Of a DNA stretch of 32,000 nucleotides, positions 1-8,459 are shown piece by piece (within the stretch, counting starts at the first letter, position 1; each line of letters starts with the position of its first letter). The position numbers and the translations under genes are program-made. The DNA is from Candidatus Jordarchaeales archaeon (lineage in GTDB: Archaea; Asgardarchaeota; Jordiarchaeia; Jordiarchaeales; Freyrarchaeaceae), in NCBI GenBank assembly GCA_038889235.1, contig JAWAHN010000001.1, positions 60,001 through 92,000 on the forward strand. Direction: 5' to 3'. Under the pieces are notes generated by a model. It searched no databases, was not told the origin of the DNA, and was given only the letters and a program-made list of their open reading frames with translations.

Positions 1-936
1 GGGATCCCGCGTAGGAATGCTATTAGGATCCTTAGGTCGTTTATTAGGCGTGGGGTTGCGAGGGAAGTTGGGGGAAAGGTGCTTTTCAACCCTCAACGTC
101 CCAAAGGGTTTAAGGCTCCCTTCGGCGGTGAAGTCATCGAACTAAGCGTTTCGGTGGATAGAGACTTTATGAACGTTGGGGAGGTAAAGGTTCACCGGGG
201 AGGAGAGCTCGTAGCTTCCATGCCGTGCGTGTTTAGCGAGGAGGGGTTCGTTGTCGACCTAAGCGACTTCCTCGCGTTCTACAGCGACGCTGCAAAGAGG
301 AGCGGTTCACCCTTCTCGGTCAAGAAGGCGTACAACGTTTTCAGGAGACTAATGGAGGGGCGGGGAAACGTTAAAAATGCAGGACAGTGGGAGATAGATG
401 CCGCCCTCGGAGCCATACTGATTTGCGGAGCTATATCGGAGGAGCTTGGACTAGACTATGTAATGACCACGATAGATTCGGCGAGCATCCCTAGGAGGGT
501 CGAAGGCAAGGAGCTCGAGGAGATTAAAAGCACCACGGGGATCGACATTGTAGCAGGCTACTCTTTCCCCACGAAGCATGGCAGAGGGCTTCTGCTATTC
601 GATAAAGCAGGCAAGATCTACTTCTCAATCAAGGGGGAGCTTTTAGCCGACCTAGAAGTCAAAGAGGAGGAGAACATTATAGAGATAGACTTCACGAAAC
701 TGATTGAGGCTTACGCCAAGGTTGCCGAGAAGAAGAAAATGTGCTTCTCGGTTGAAAAAGTGGTTGACAACTTTTTCGCAATGCTTGAAAACGAGGGGAA
801 GATTGAAGACTACTTGAAGTTGGTGAACCGTGACGAAGGCCTCCTCCTGGAGGCAATGTACAGGATAAGCGTGATATTCATGAGACTTAAAGGTAAGGAC
901 GTCACGGCGAAGGTTGCCTATCCGTCCTCCAGCTAG
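1..936 (+). CDS. 5'-truncated hypothetical protein: probable winged-helix end followed by two copies of an unknown ~140-aa domain
   Basis: Frame 1 is open from base 1 (GIPRRNAIRILRSFIRRGVAREVGGKVLFNP..., a helix+wing-like segment), so the GTG at 79 is not the true start. Internal duplication: GEVKVHRGGELVA...FSVKKAYNVF vs GKIYFSIKGELLA...FSVEKVVDNF. Confidence 0.75.
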   Translation, partial: GIPRRNAIRILRSFIRRGVAREVGGKVLFNPQRPKGFKAPFGGEVIELSVSVDRDFMNVGEVKVHRGGELVASMPCVFSEEGFVVDLSDFLAFYSDAAKRSGSPFSVKKAYNVFRRLMEGRGNVKNAGQWEIDAALGAILICGAISEELGLDYVMTTIDSASIPRRVEGKELEEIKSTTGIDIVAGYSFPTKHGRGLLLFDKAGKIYFSIKGELLADLEVKEEENIIEIDFTKLIEAYAKVAEKKKMCFSVEKVVDNFFAMLENEGKIEDYLKLVNRDEGLLLEAMYRISVIFMRLKGKDVTAKVAYPSSS

Positions 937-2000
937 CTTGAAAGCACCCTTTCAACAGACATTAAGCGCATCTTCCACCTTTCGATAGACGAGAGGAACT
1001 CTTTTTTGAGCATTTCAAAGTCGCTGGGCGTGGCCTCCTTGAAAAGCCTATAATAGGACTTCATCTCGTAGAGTGATGGGTGAATGTACCCTATCGTCCT
1101 AACCAGCTGGTTTACCACATTGTTAAGTGTTTCCGCAACCTCGCTTGGAGATCCACCAGTCTCGATTATGTTTTTCAACTTGTTCATGGCTTCCTCGACG
1201 GCGGACGGCTTCGACAATTCCCTGGAAGAGATGATAGTCTCTCTTACGCTCCTCAGCATCTCCAGAAGCTTCTCCGAGTAGTTTTTCATCGACTCAAGGG
1301 CGTTTGCAAGAGAAAACGTCAGCTCGCTGAGTCTCCCTATGTCTCGCGAGTAGCCCTCCAGCTGCTCTAGGATTTTCTTGAAGGCATTAAGGGAACTCTC
1401 CAGGCGCTGCGCCGCGGATGCAAGCGTGCCGAGGTCGCTAATCATAGAGCTACCGGCCAACATGCTTTCCGCCCTCAACACGGCTTCCCTAAACAGCTTT
1501 AAAGCAGACTCAGCCATCTCGTATGGATCTTTAGCCACACTCCTCGCCTCTATGACCGGGCGCTCTACCATAGGAACCTCCACGTCTTCTAACGGTTTGC
1601 CTTCTATCATCGATTCAACCCTCTGGAGGACCAGTTCCTCGTCTCTTCCAAGTACCGGTATGGCTGTCTTATCCATGACGAGAACTATGTAGAGCTCAGC
1701 TCCCAGCTGGCGGAAAATGTAGTTGGCTTCGCCCAGCGACAACGCTATAGTCACACTTTTTCCATTTAGCTTCAGTTCCGACCTAATCCTGTCCACAACT
1801 ATTTTAACCCAGTTCGCAATGACCAGTGTCTTGTTTATCTCGTCCTCAGCCTCGAAACTCGTATCAACCAGGAACCCGTGTTCGCTAACCAACACGAAAC
1901 CCTTAAAGGGGTCTCTAACCAACTTACTGAGCTCGCCGTGAACTTCAAATATGGGGAAAAAGGACAATGCACACCACCAGCCCAAACATACTTCAAACAC
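933..2000 (-). CDS. Roadblock/LC7-like N-terminal domain + coiled coil + C-terminal helical bundle protein
   Basis: FKGFVLVSEHGFLVDTS...helix...VTIALSLGEANYIFRQLGAELYIVLV follows the beta-beta-alpha-beta-beta-beta pattern of Roadblock domains. The middle is heptad-rich and the C-terminus reads HPSLYEM...IERWKMRL. Start codon uncertain. Confidence 0.6.
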   Translation of the reverse strand: MFEVCLGWWCALSFFPIFEVHGELSKLVRDPFKGFVLVSEHGFLVDTSFEAEDEINKTLVIANWVKIVVDRIRSELKLNGKSVTIALSLGEANYIFRQLGAELYIVLVMDKTAIPVLGRDEELVLQRVESMIEGKPLEDVEVPMVERPVIEARSVAKDPYEMAESALKLFREAVLRAESMLAGSSMISDLGTLASAAQRLESSLNAFKKILEQLEGYSRDIGRLSELTFSLANALESMKNYSEKLLEMLRSVRETIISSRELSKPSAVEEAMNKLKNIIETGGSPSEVAETLNNVVNQLVRTIGYIHPSLYEMKSYYRLFKEATPSDFEMLKKEFLSSIERWKMRLMSVERVLSS

Positions 2001-2075
2001 AACTATAAAATTTACGTGTAATTTCAGAGCATGTCGTAAATTTTCCGAAATATATTATCCATGAATGGGAATATT

Positions 2076-3068
2076 TTAACTCCCCTCCACTTTTAGCAAG
2101 AGCTCCCTAATTTTAACGAACACTACTAGTAATATGAGTGAGCCAGTGACCAGCTTGAAAACGAGTAGGAGGAACGTAAGGGGCACCGTGCTGATCACTA
2201 AAACCGCGTTACACACAAGGGAGGATGCGTAAACACCCGCTGCAAAGAGAGCATAGAGGTTCTCGACTTCGTGTGATGGAAGCTGGAGGAAAGATAGAGT
2301 TGCAAGCCCGATTGAAAGCAGAAGGAGGGCCGCTCCTTCTATGCGTGGGTCGCCGCCGAAAAGAGAGGAAGGAAGTATCATGTAGCCTGCATTAAGCTCT
2401 CTAAAGGCGAAAGAGTAGGGTGAGAGAAACTCTGAGAGGGATGCCAGGATCGAGGATATGGTGCCTGTGATGTAGAAAACTTTTTTGTCGATGCCCCACC
2501 CTTTCAGGAAAGAAGATAGTGTTGCAAGAAGACCCAATAAGAGGAGGAAGAGAGAGGAGGCGAGCAGGAGGTTGCCGCTTAGAGTTGAAAACTGGAATTC
2601 AGCTTTCAGTCCAAGGGATGCACCGTACCCTGATGGGGGAGAAAACTGGATGACTAGGGTTAAGGCGGCCTCATATATGCTCGCTGGGAGAGCTGAAAAA
2701 AGCGTGATGGCTTTCGTTAAGGCTATCGCTGTCGACAGTTCGCTCCTCGCTAGCGAAGTGGAGAAAAGGTAGAGGGCGGCTAGCAGGAAGGATATTACGA
2801 GTATCTTTTCCTTGAACATCGAAGCTTTAGTGTAGTTTGCCACTACATATAGAACCATAACACACCCGGTTACTCCTAACAGGGATAAAGTCGCCGTGAT
2901 CGTGGGAGAGGAGGCTGCTTGCAGGAGAATGAGGGCAGGAAAGCCGGTGACGAGGAGATAGTATAACATCGATGTGGAAGTTGATGCAAAAGCGACTATT
3001 GCTTCGAGCGCGAACATGGCCCCGACGAAACCAATAGTCAGATGCCAGTGCCTACTAACAATGGACAT
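2076..3068 (-). CDS. Hypothetical multi-pass membrane protein (~9-10 TM)
   Basis: 330 aa, strongly hydrophobic segments throughout; GGAGG RBS at 3077-3081 (minus strand) before the ATG. Confidence 0.8.
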   Translation of the reverse strand: MSIVSRHWHLTIGFVGAMFALEAIVAFASTSTSMLYYLLVTGFPALILLQAASSPTITATLSLLGVTGCVMVLYVVANYTKASMFKEKILVISFLLAALYLFSTSLARSELSTAIALTKAITLFSALPASIYEAALTLVIQFSPPSGYGASLGLKAEFQFSTLSGNLLLASSLFLLLLGLLATLSSFLKGWGIDKKVFYITGTISSILASLSEFLSPYSFAFRELNAGYMILPSSLFGGDPRIEGAALLLLSIGLATLSFLQLPSHEVENLYALFAAGVYASSLVCNAVLVISTVPLTFLLLVFKLVTGSLILLVVFVKIRELLLKVEGS

Positions 3069-3322
3069 TATCGAAACCTCCTACTAACACCCCAACCCCC
3101 TTTGGAGGGGGTCCGCCTCGCTCAACGGGTAATCTAAGCTGCAGTGCACGAAGCAGTGCAGATTCCACGTAACATTAGATGTTCATGCTACTTAGTTGCG
3201 ACGCTGTCAGAGTAACTTTTAGGCTTGGGGTTGCAAGGGAAGGCATTGAGCACCGAAGTTACCGCGAATTAATCAAATCAGTTAGGTGGTGGTTTAATAG
3301 ATAAATATTGTGTTTTTCAGAT

Positions 3323-3928
3323 CTAGATGAGAGTTACCTCAACCGACCCTTTGTCTATGGTTGCGACGGCGCCCCCCTCAGAGCACTTGCCAACGTTTAC
3401 CACGATCGTATTGCCTAGCTGGCAGCGCCCCCGGGACTCGTGCACGTGGCCGCAGAAAACTATGTCCGGCATAACTGACTCCACGAAAGACTTGAGATAC
3501 TTGTTTCCAATGTTCATCCCATTCCAGGCTTTGTCGCAGCACCCTCTTGGAGGCTCGTGGGAAACGACGACCATAGGCTTCTCGCCTTTCTGTATCGAGG
3601 AAAGGATTTTGGGGTCGAAATTAGCGCTGAGACCGACGAAGTCTACTCCCTTGAAGCTCACCACTTTCCCGTGAATGCACTCCATGCCCTCTAGTGGGAG
3701 CTGCAGGTTGCGGCCCACGGAGTCCATGTTACCCCAGACATAGTACACGCGGAGACCCTCTAACACCTTTAAAACTTGTAGTGCGACCTCAGCTCCCCCA
3801 AGATGGGTTATGTCTCCACACAAAACGACGACGTCCGGCTCAACCCGGTTAATAATTCTTTCCCTTGCATCCCTCAGCACGGCGACATTTCCGTGAATGT
3901 CGGAGAAAGCCACCACCTTCATCAGCAC
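3323..3928 (-). CDS. Metallophosphoesterase (calcineurin-like/Icc family)
   Basis: Motifs DIHGN, CGDITH, GNMD, SHEPP and GHVHE; GAGGTG RBS. Confidence 0.92.
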   Translation of the reverse strand: MLMKVVAFSDIHGNVAVLRDARERIINRVEPDVVVLCGDITHLGGAEVALQVLKVLEGLRVYYVWGNMDSVGRNLQLPLEGMECIHGKVVSFKGVDFVGLSANFDPKILSSIQKGEKPMVVVSHEPPRGCCDKAWNGMNIGNKYLKSFVESVMPDIVFCGHVHESRGRCQLGNTIVVNVGKCSEGGAVATIDKGSVEVTLI

Positions 3929-4153
3929 ACCTCACCGGAAAATGATAGTTCGAAGTTAATAACTTTTTAGGGAGACTTCAAAAAGGCACGCTCTCCAGCA
4001 TTTACATCCTTCGAGGGGCGACGCGTGGTGATGAACGTTAAAGGAAAGCGCCGGTGGCCGAGGAGGCTAATGGACACTTTGACGGCGAAATCCTGAGGTC
4101 TGGCTGCGCTGCTGGTTTTTAGATTTAAAAGGAGCTACACCTTTTGTTTTCTG

Positions 4154-4576
4154 GTGGTATACTTGGAGGTTTACTCGTCGAGGATAGAGGTTAGAAGTAA
4201 AAAGAGGATTGAAGTTCAAGACATAACTAACGAGGTCCAGGCTAAGCTTAGGGAGTCGGGTATAAAGGATGGCGTCTTGTTTCTCTTTAGCCTCCACACA
4301 ACTAACACTCTCGTGTTGAACGAGGGTGAACCTGGGCTAATGGGTGATTTGGAAAGGTGGGTTGGGGAGACATTCGCTAGGCCCGATTATAAGCATGACT
4401 TGATAGACAGAAATGCCGCAGCGCACATAGCGGCTAGCATAACGGGGAACTCCTTGGTACTCCCCGTTGAGGATGGAAGACTCGTACTGGGGGCGTGGCA
4501 GAGGATACTTCACCTAGAGCTAGATGGGCCTAGAACGAGGACGCTGCTCGTGAAAGTGATTGGAAAGGAAGGTTAA
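4154..4576 (+). CDS. yjbQ: YjbQ/UPF0047 family protein (secondary thiamine-phosphate synthase-like)
   Basis: SLHTT, LNEGEPGL, NAAAHI and LGAWQRILHLELDGPRTR family motifs. Confidence 0.9.
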   Translation: MVYLEVYSSRIEVRSKKRIEVQDITNEVQAKLRESGIKDGVLFLFSLHTTNTLVLNEGEPGLMGDLERWVGETFARPDYKHDLIDRNAAAHIAASITGNSLVLPVEDGRLVLGAWQRILHLELDGPRTRTLLVKVIGKEG

Positions 4577-4620
4577 GCGTTTCTCGTGGTGAACAGTTAG
4601 CGTCACTGGAGGGATAGGAT

Positions 4621-5511
4621 TTGAGGTTCGTTAAAGAGCCAGGATGGATATGTGAGGACTGCTTGCTTATAGATGCTTACGGCTGGCAGATTAAGGGGGC
4701 TACATGCGTTTTGGCGGTTAAGGGTTTAGGGGAGGGTGTGCTCATAGAGGCAGCCCACAAGGGGTCAGCTCCTTACGTGCTAGAGGAACTGAAGGAACTT
4801 GGCGGGGTGAAGTGGGTTTTAGTGACGCACAGACATGTTGACCACGCGGGGGGAGTTGCACCGATACTAGAAGCGGTCCCGGGTGTGAGGGTTGCAGCTC
4901 ACCCTGTGACGTTGAGGAACATCGTAGACCCTTCTCGGATAAACGAGGCGACGCGGAGGATGTGGGGGGAGTACGCGGACACCATGAGCCCGGTGGGAAG
5001 CCTTGACAGGCTGGTTGAGCTCGGCGACGGAGACTCTGTTGAAGTGGAAGGAGGGGTGGTGGTTGAGGCGGTGCATACGCCGGGGCACTCATCAGATCAC
5101 CAGGCTTATTACGTCTCCGAGCGCGAGCTCGTTTACCTCGGTGATGCTGGGGGACTTTTATCGTGTGAAACGGGGGTTGTTATTCCAGCGGCTTTCCCGT
5201 CAAGCTTCAACTTTAAAGAGTACTTTAGGTCGCTGGACAGGTTGATGAGCTATGAGCCCAAGGTGTTGGTGTTTTCCCACTTTGGAGCCGTGGTGGGGGG
5301 CGACGCGGTGAAAGCGATCGAGGCATGTGCTGAGACCCTTGAAGACTGGAGGAAACTAGCGTGCGAGCTTGACACACCGGCTTTAGCTGACGAGCTGAAG
5401 AAGAGGTATCTTGGGAAGTTCGCTCTCTTCGAGACAAACGTTAGGAGCTTGATGTTTGACATAATAGCGGTTGGTCTCATCAACGCCCTGAAGAAAGAAG
5501 GAGAAAGGTGA
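4621..5511 (+). CDS. MBL-fold metallo-hydrolase
   Basis: THRHVDHAGG (HxHxDH), HTPGHSSDH, LGDA and FSHFG; GGAGGG RBS upstream. Confidence 0.9.
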   Translation: MRFVKEPGWICEDCLLIDAYGWQIKGATCVLAVKGLGEGVLIEAAHKGSAPYVLEELKELGGVKWVLVTHRHVDHAGGVAPILEAVPGVRVAAHPVTLRNIVDPSRINEATRRMWGEYADTMSPVGSLDRLVELGDGDSVEVEGGVVVEAVHTPGHSSDHQAYYVSERELVYLGDAGGLLSCETGVVIPAAFPSSFNFKEYFRSLDRLMSYEPKVLVFSHFGAVVGGDAVKAIEACAETLEDWRKLACELDTPALADELKKRYLGKFALFETNVRSLMFDIIAVGLINALKKEGER

Positions 5512-5661
5512 CAGTTACTCTAATGCGTCTGCAGTAACCCGCACACTCTTTCACCTAAAATCTAGGCGGCGAACGCGTCATCCACAAGATGGTGTGAAGC
5601 CCAGTTAGTAAAGGAGCCCTAATACTCGCAAAAAATGTTGAGAACTGAAGGAGAGAGAACC

Positions 5662-5669
5662 AAAAAAAA
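5662..5669 (-). terminator. Oligo-T terminator of hsp20
   Basis: T8 run on the minus strand about 11 nt after the hsp20 stop. Confidence 0.55.
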
Positions 5670-5680
5670 GAAGATATCTT

Positions 5681-6274
5681 TCACTCTATTTTTATCGGTT
5701 GTCCCTTTGGTTTTTCCTCTTTCTTCTTCAGCGTTACTTCTAGTATGCCGTTCTTGTACGATGATTTAGCCTGCTGCGGGTCAACCTTGCACGGCAGCTT
5801 TACCTCCTTGTGGTACTTACGCTGCGGTGTGTCAACGGAGACTGTCAACGTGTCCTCTGTTCCATAGAGTTTAATGTCGTCTTTCTCGACGCCTGGAAGT
5901 TCGACGACAACCCTAACTTCGTCGTCTGTTTCGATGACATCAGTCAATGGTTCCCTGTACTCCTGGAACCCTATGCGCGGGCGCCCTGGACCCATTTCTG
6001 GTTTCACGTTGCCGAACTCTTCCACGTGTGGCCTGCCGTCGGGGCCTATGGTTACCCTATATCCGTAGACGAATGGACCCCACTCTCTAACCTTAGTTCC
6101 ATCAGGTAGTGTTCTTTCTCTTACAAGATCTTTCGGAACCCTCCTGGACATCTCCTCAAACTCTTCCCTTATGAAGTCCTCCATATCTCTCATGAAGTTC
6201 TCTATGTCCTCGAAAAGCCACCTGAAGGGGCTTCTTCTCCTAAACCACCTAGACCACCAGTCCTCCATTTGCAC
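5681..6274 (-). CDS. hsp20: Archaeal small heat shock protein (Hsp20, alpha-crystallin domain)
   Basis: GPFVYGYRVTIGPDG, EPLTDVIE, VVVELPGVEKDDI, AKSSYKNGILEV and a C-terminal IKIE (IXI) motif. Confidence 0.95.
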   Translation of the reverse strand: MQMEDWWSRWFRRRSPFRWLFEDIENFMRDMEDFIREEFEEMSRRVPKDLVRERTLPDGTKVREWGPFVYGYRVTIGPDGRPHVEEFGNVKPEMGPGRPRIGFQEYREPLTDVIETDDEVRVVVELPGVEKDDIKLYGTEDTLTVSVDTPQRKYHKEVKLPCKVDPQQAKSSYKNGILEVTLKKKEEKPKGQPIKIE

Positions 6275-6301
6275 GTCCCCCCTTCCTATAAAAAGGACAC
6301 G

Positions 6302-6317
6302 AAAGAATTAATTCTTT
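6302..6317. promoter_or_regulatory. Perfect 16-bp palindrome (candidate operator) between divergent hsp20 and corrinoid-protein genes
   Basis: AAAGAATTAATTCTTT equals its own reverse complement; it lies about 28 bp upstream of the hsp20 start. Confidence 0.45.
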
Positions 6318-6402
6318 TTGGTTTGGAAAAGTGAGAGAACTTGAAGTGTATGCGTGAAGGCGGCGAATAATTAAAGTTTCTGGGAGATTATCTAAAGTTT
6401 AA

Positions 6403-7086
6403 ATGGAAGAACAACCGAGGTTTATGTTGTGGTGGTTTATGGAGAGAGAAAAAGTTATTCTTGAAAGATTAAAGGAGGCTATAGTAAGTCTCGACATCGA
6501 GGGCGTTAAGAAGGCATGTAGAGAGGCGATTGATGCCGGCATACCTGCATATAAGTGTATCAGTGAGGCTATGGCTAAGGGGCTTGAAGTAGTGGGCGAG
6601 AAGTATGAAAGAGGAGAATACTTCTTGGCGGACTTAGTTGTTGCAGGCGAAGCCATGAAGGAGGGAATAAAGATACTTGAGCCCTACTTGAGAACTGGTG
6701 AGGCTGAGAGGTTGGGGAAGGTTGTCATTGGAACTGTTAGGGGGGACATGCACGATATAGGTAAGAATATTGTCGCCACGCTTCTCAGCGGGGCTGGTTT
6801 TGAAGTTATCGACTTGGGAGTTGACGTGCCGACGGAAGCGTTCGTAGAAGCGGTTAGGAAACACAAACCTCACATAGTTGGAATGTCAGCGCTGCTTACG
6901 ACGACCATGGTTGAAATGGAAAACGTTATCAAAGCTCTTGAGCATGCGGGGTTAAGAAACAAAGTTAAGATAATAATCGGCGGGGCTCCTGTGTCGAAAG
7001 AGTATGCCGAAAAAATAGGGGCGGACGCTTACGCTAAAGACGCCGTTGAAGGAGTATCTATCTGCAAGTCGTGGGTTTTAAAGTGA
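6403..7086 (+). CDS. Corrinoid (B12-binding) protein, MtaC/MtbC-like
   Basis: B12-binding motif GDMHDIGKNIV, GFEVIDLGVDV, VGMSALLTTTM, IIGGAPV and an N-terminal cap domain. The true start may be the ATG at 6439. Confidence 0.93.
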   Translation: MEEQPRFMLWWFMEREKVILERLKEAIVSLDIEGVKKACREAIDAGIPAYKCISEAMAKGLEVVGEKYERGEYFLADLVVAGEAMKEGIKILEPYLRTGEAERLGKVVIGTVRGDMHDIGKNIVATLLSGAGFEVIDLGVDVPTEAFVEAVRKHKPHIVGMSALLTTTMVEMENVIKALEHAGLRNKVKIIIGGAPVSKEYAEKIGADAYAKDAVEGVSICKSWVLK

Positions 7087-7125
7087 GAGATAACCGCACT
7101 TTAAACTCCTTTTTTCTCACTTACT

Positions 7126-8286
7126 TCACGGCTTCCACTTCAAACCCTCTTCTAGCATTGCCAGGTAGTTTTCTATTGGAACGTAATTTGTGACGCTGTT
7201 TCCTGAGCCTAGGGCATACCTTCCTCGGGGCATGCACTTGTCTAATATGCTTTTCACGTATGCTCTAAGCTGGCTGGTCTCGTAGCGTGCAAGCTTGTCG
7301 ACGTCTACGCCTCCCAGCACAGCAACTCTGTCACCATACTTCTCCTGGAACTTCCATACGGGCATTATTTCGTCTTGAAACGAGTGGAAGGCATCTATCT
7401 TGACGTCTTCTATTAGGTCTTCCATAACGGCCTCAATGTTTCCGCACGAATGGTACCAGTACATTTTACCATGCCGGTGGGCTAGCTGGGCATACTTCTT
7501 AAACCACGGGAAAACCATTTCCCTGTAAATATCCGGGTTTACCATGGTTCCCTTCTTGTAGCCTAAGTCGTCGGAATGAAATATAGCGCCAACACAGTCG
7601 AATTCAACAACGATCTTGTACTCCTTGTAAAGTCTCTCCGCAACCCAGTCTATGACCGCTTTAACGAGGTCAGGGTCTTCGCGAAGCTTCCTGAAAAGGT
7701 TAACGTAACCCATGATGCGTTCTAAAGCCATCTCCCATATTGTCCCCCCTGCAACCGCCACCTTCATTCCTCCCGGGAGAATTTTCGAGACGAATTCGTA
7801 GGTCTCCTTTATGGGGAGCTCGAGGAAACGCTGCGACTTGAACCGCTCAAACTCCTCCCAAGACGAGACCAAACCCTCCCTTTCCTCGACCCAAACCCTC
7901 TTATACCCCGGCTCGGCAAGTAAGGCGGTGTCATCTGCAAGCCTACGTTTTCCGAAGATTGCCAAGTGGACAAGGAGTCCGACGCCGGGTGAACATACAA
8001 AGTTTTGAACGTAGTCGTAACCCATGTAGTAGTAGAATTTTACGTTAGATCTAGCCATCTCGAAAATATCTATTGGCTGACTTTGTAGCTCGTCTGGTCT
8101 GTAGCGGAGCACGTTTGGGATAGGCTTCATGTCTATCTTCAGCCGTTCAGCTACGGCGTTCATTACTTCAGAGTCAATTGCATACTCTGCAAAGTGGACT
8201 TTTCTGGGCTTTTCCTCCCCCAACAAAACCTCCTTAAACAGCTCAAAGTCGGGTTGGGGTCTTTCTAATGGCAACATGAGCAACAC
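7126..8286 (-). CDS. Uroporphyrinogen decarboxylase / MtaA-CmuA superfamily protein
   Basis: HSDDLGYKKG, YHSCGN, LGGVDVD and LGSGNSVTNYVPIENYLAM are characteristic of UroD-superfamily proteins found near corrinoid proteins. Confidence 0.85.
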   Translation of the reverse strand: MLLMLPLERPQPDFELFKEVLLGEEKPRKVHFAEYAIDSEVMNAVAERLKIDMKPIPNVLRYRPDELQSQPIDIFEMARSNVKFYYYMGYDYVQNFVCSPGVGLLVHLAIFGKRRLADDTALLAEPGYKRVWVEEREGLVSSWEEFERFKSQRFLELPIKETYEFVSKILPGGMKVAVAGGTIWEMALERIMGYVNLFRKLREDPDLVKAVIDWVAERLYKEYKIVVEFDCVGAIFHSDDLGYKKGTMVNPDIYREMVFPWFKKYAQLAHRHGKMYWYHSCGNIEAVMEDLIEDVKIDAFHSFQDEIMPVWKFQEKYGDRVAVLGGVDVDKLARYETSQLRAYVKSILDKCMPRGRYALGSGNSVTNYVPIENYLAMLEEGLKWKP

Positions 8287-8459
8287 CCTCTAAAACCTTG
8301 AAACCACCAACATTTAACTTTGAGTGAAACGAGAGATAAAAATGCCTTCCCTCTTTGTGGTAAAAGCTAGACTGAGGGTGGGGGGTGGGGTGAAAAATTT
8401 AAAAGGAAAGAGCTGCTACTTTTCTGTCGTTCTTTTTTCATGAATGAGATGATGGAAAG

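Noticed and set aside
79-81. ORF-track GTG start for the first gene
   Set aside because: The frame is open back to base 1 with protein-like sequence, so the gene is 5'-truncated.
3236-8352. Shared 12-mer AATGCCTTCCCT in two intergenic regions (about 3236-3247 minus; 8341-8352 plus)
   Set aside because: Dozens of 12-mer matches are expected by chance in 32 kb; no positional logic.
8376-8390. G-rich run GGGTGGGGGGTGGGG (possible G-quadruplex)
   Set aside because: Only three separated G-tracts; a single short occurrence with no supporting context.
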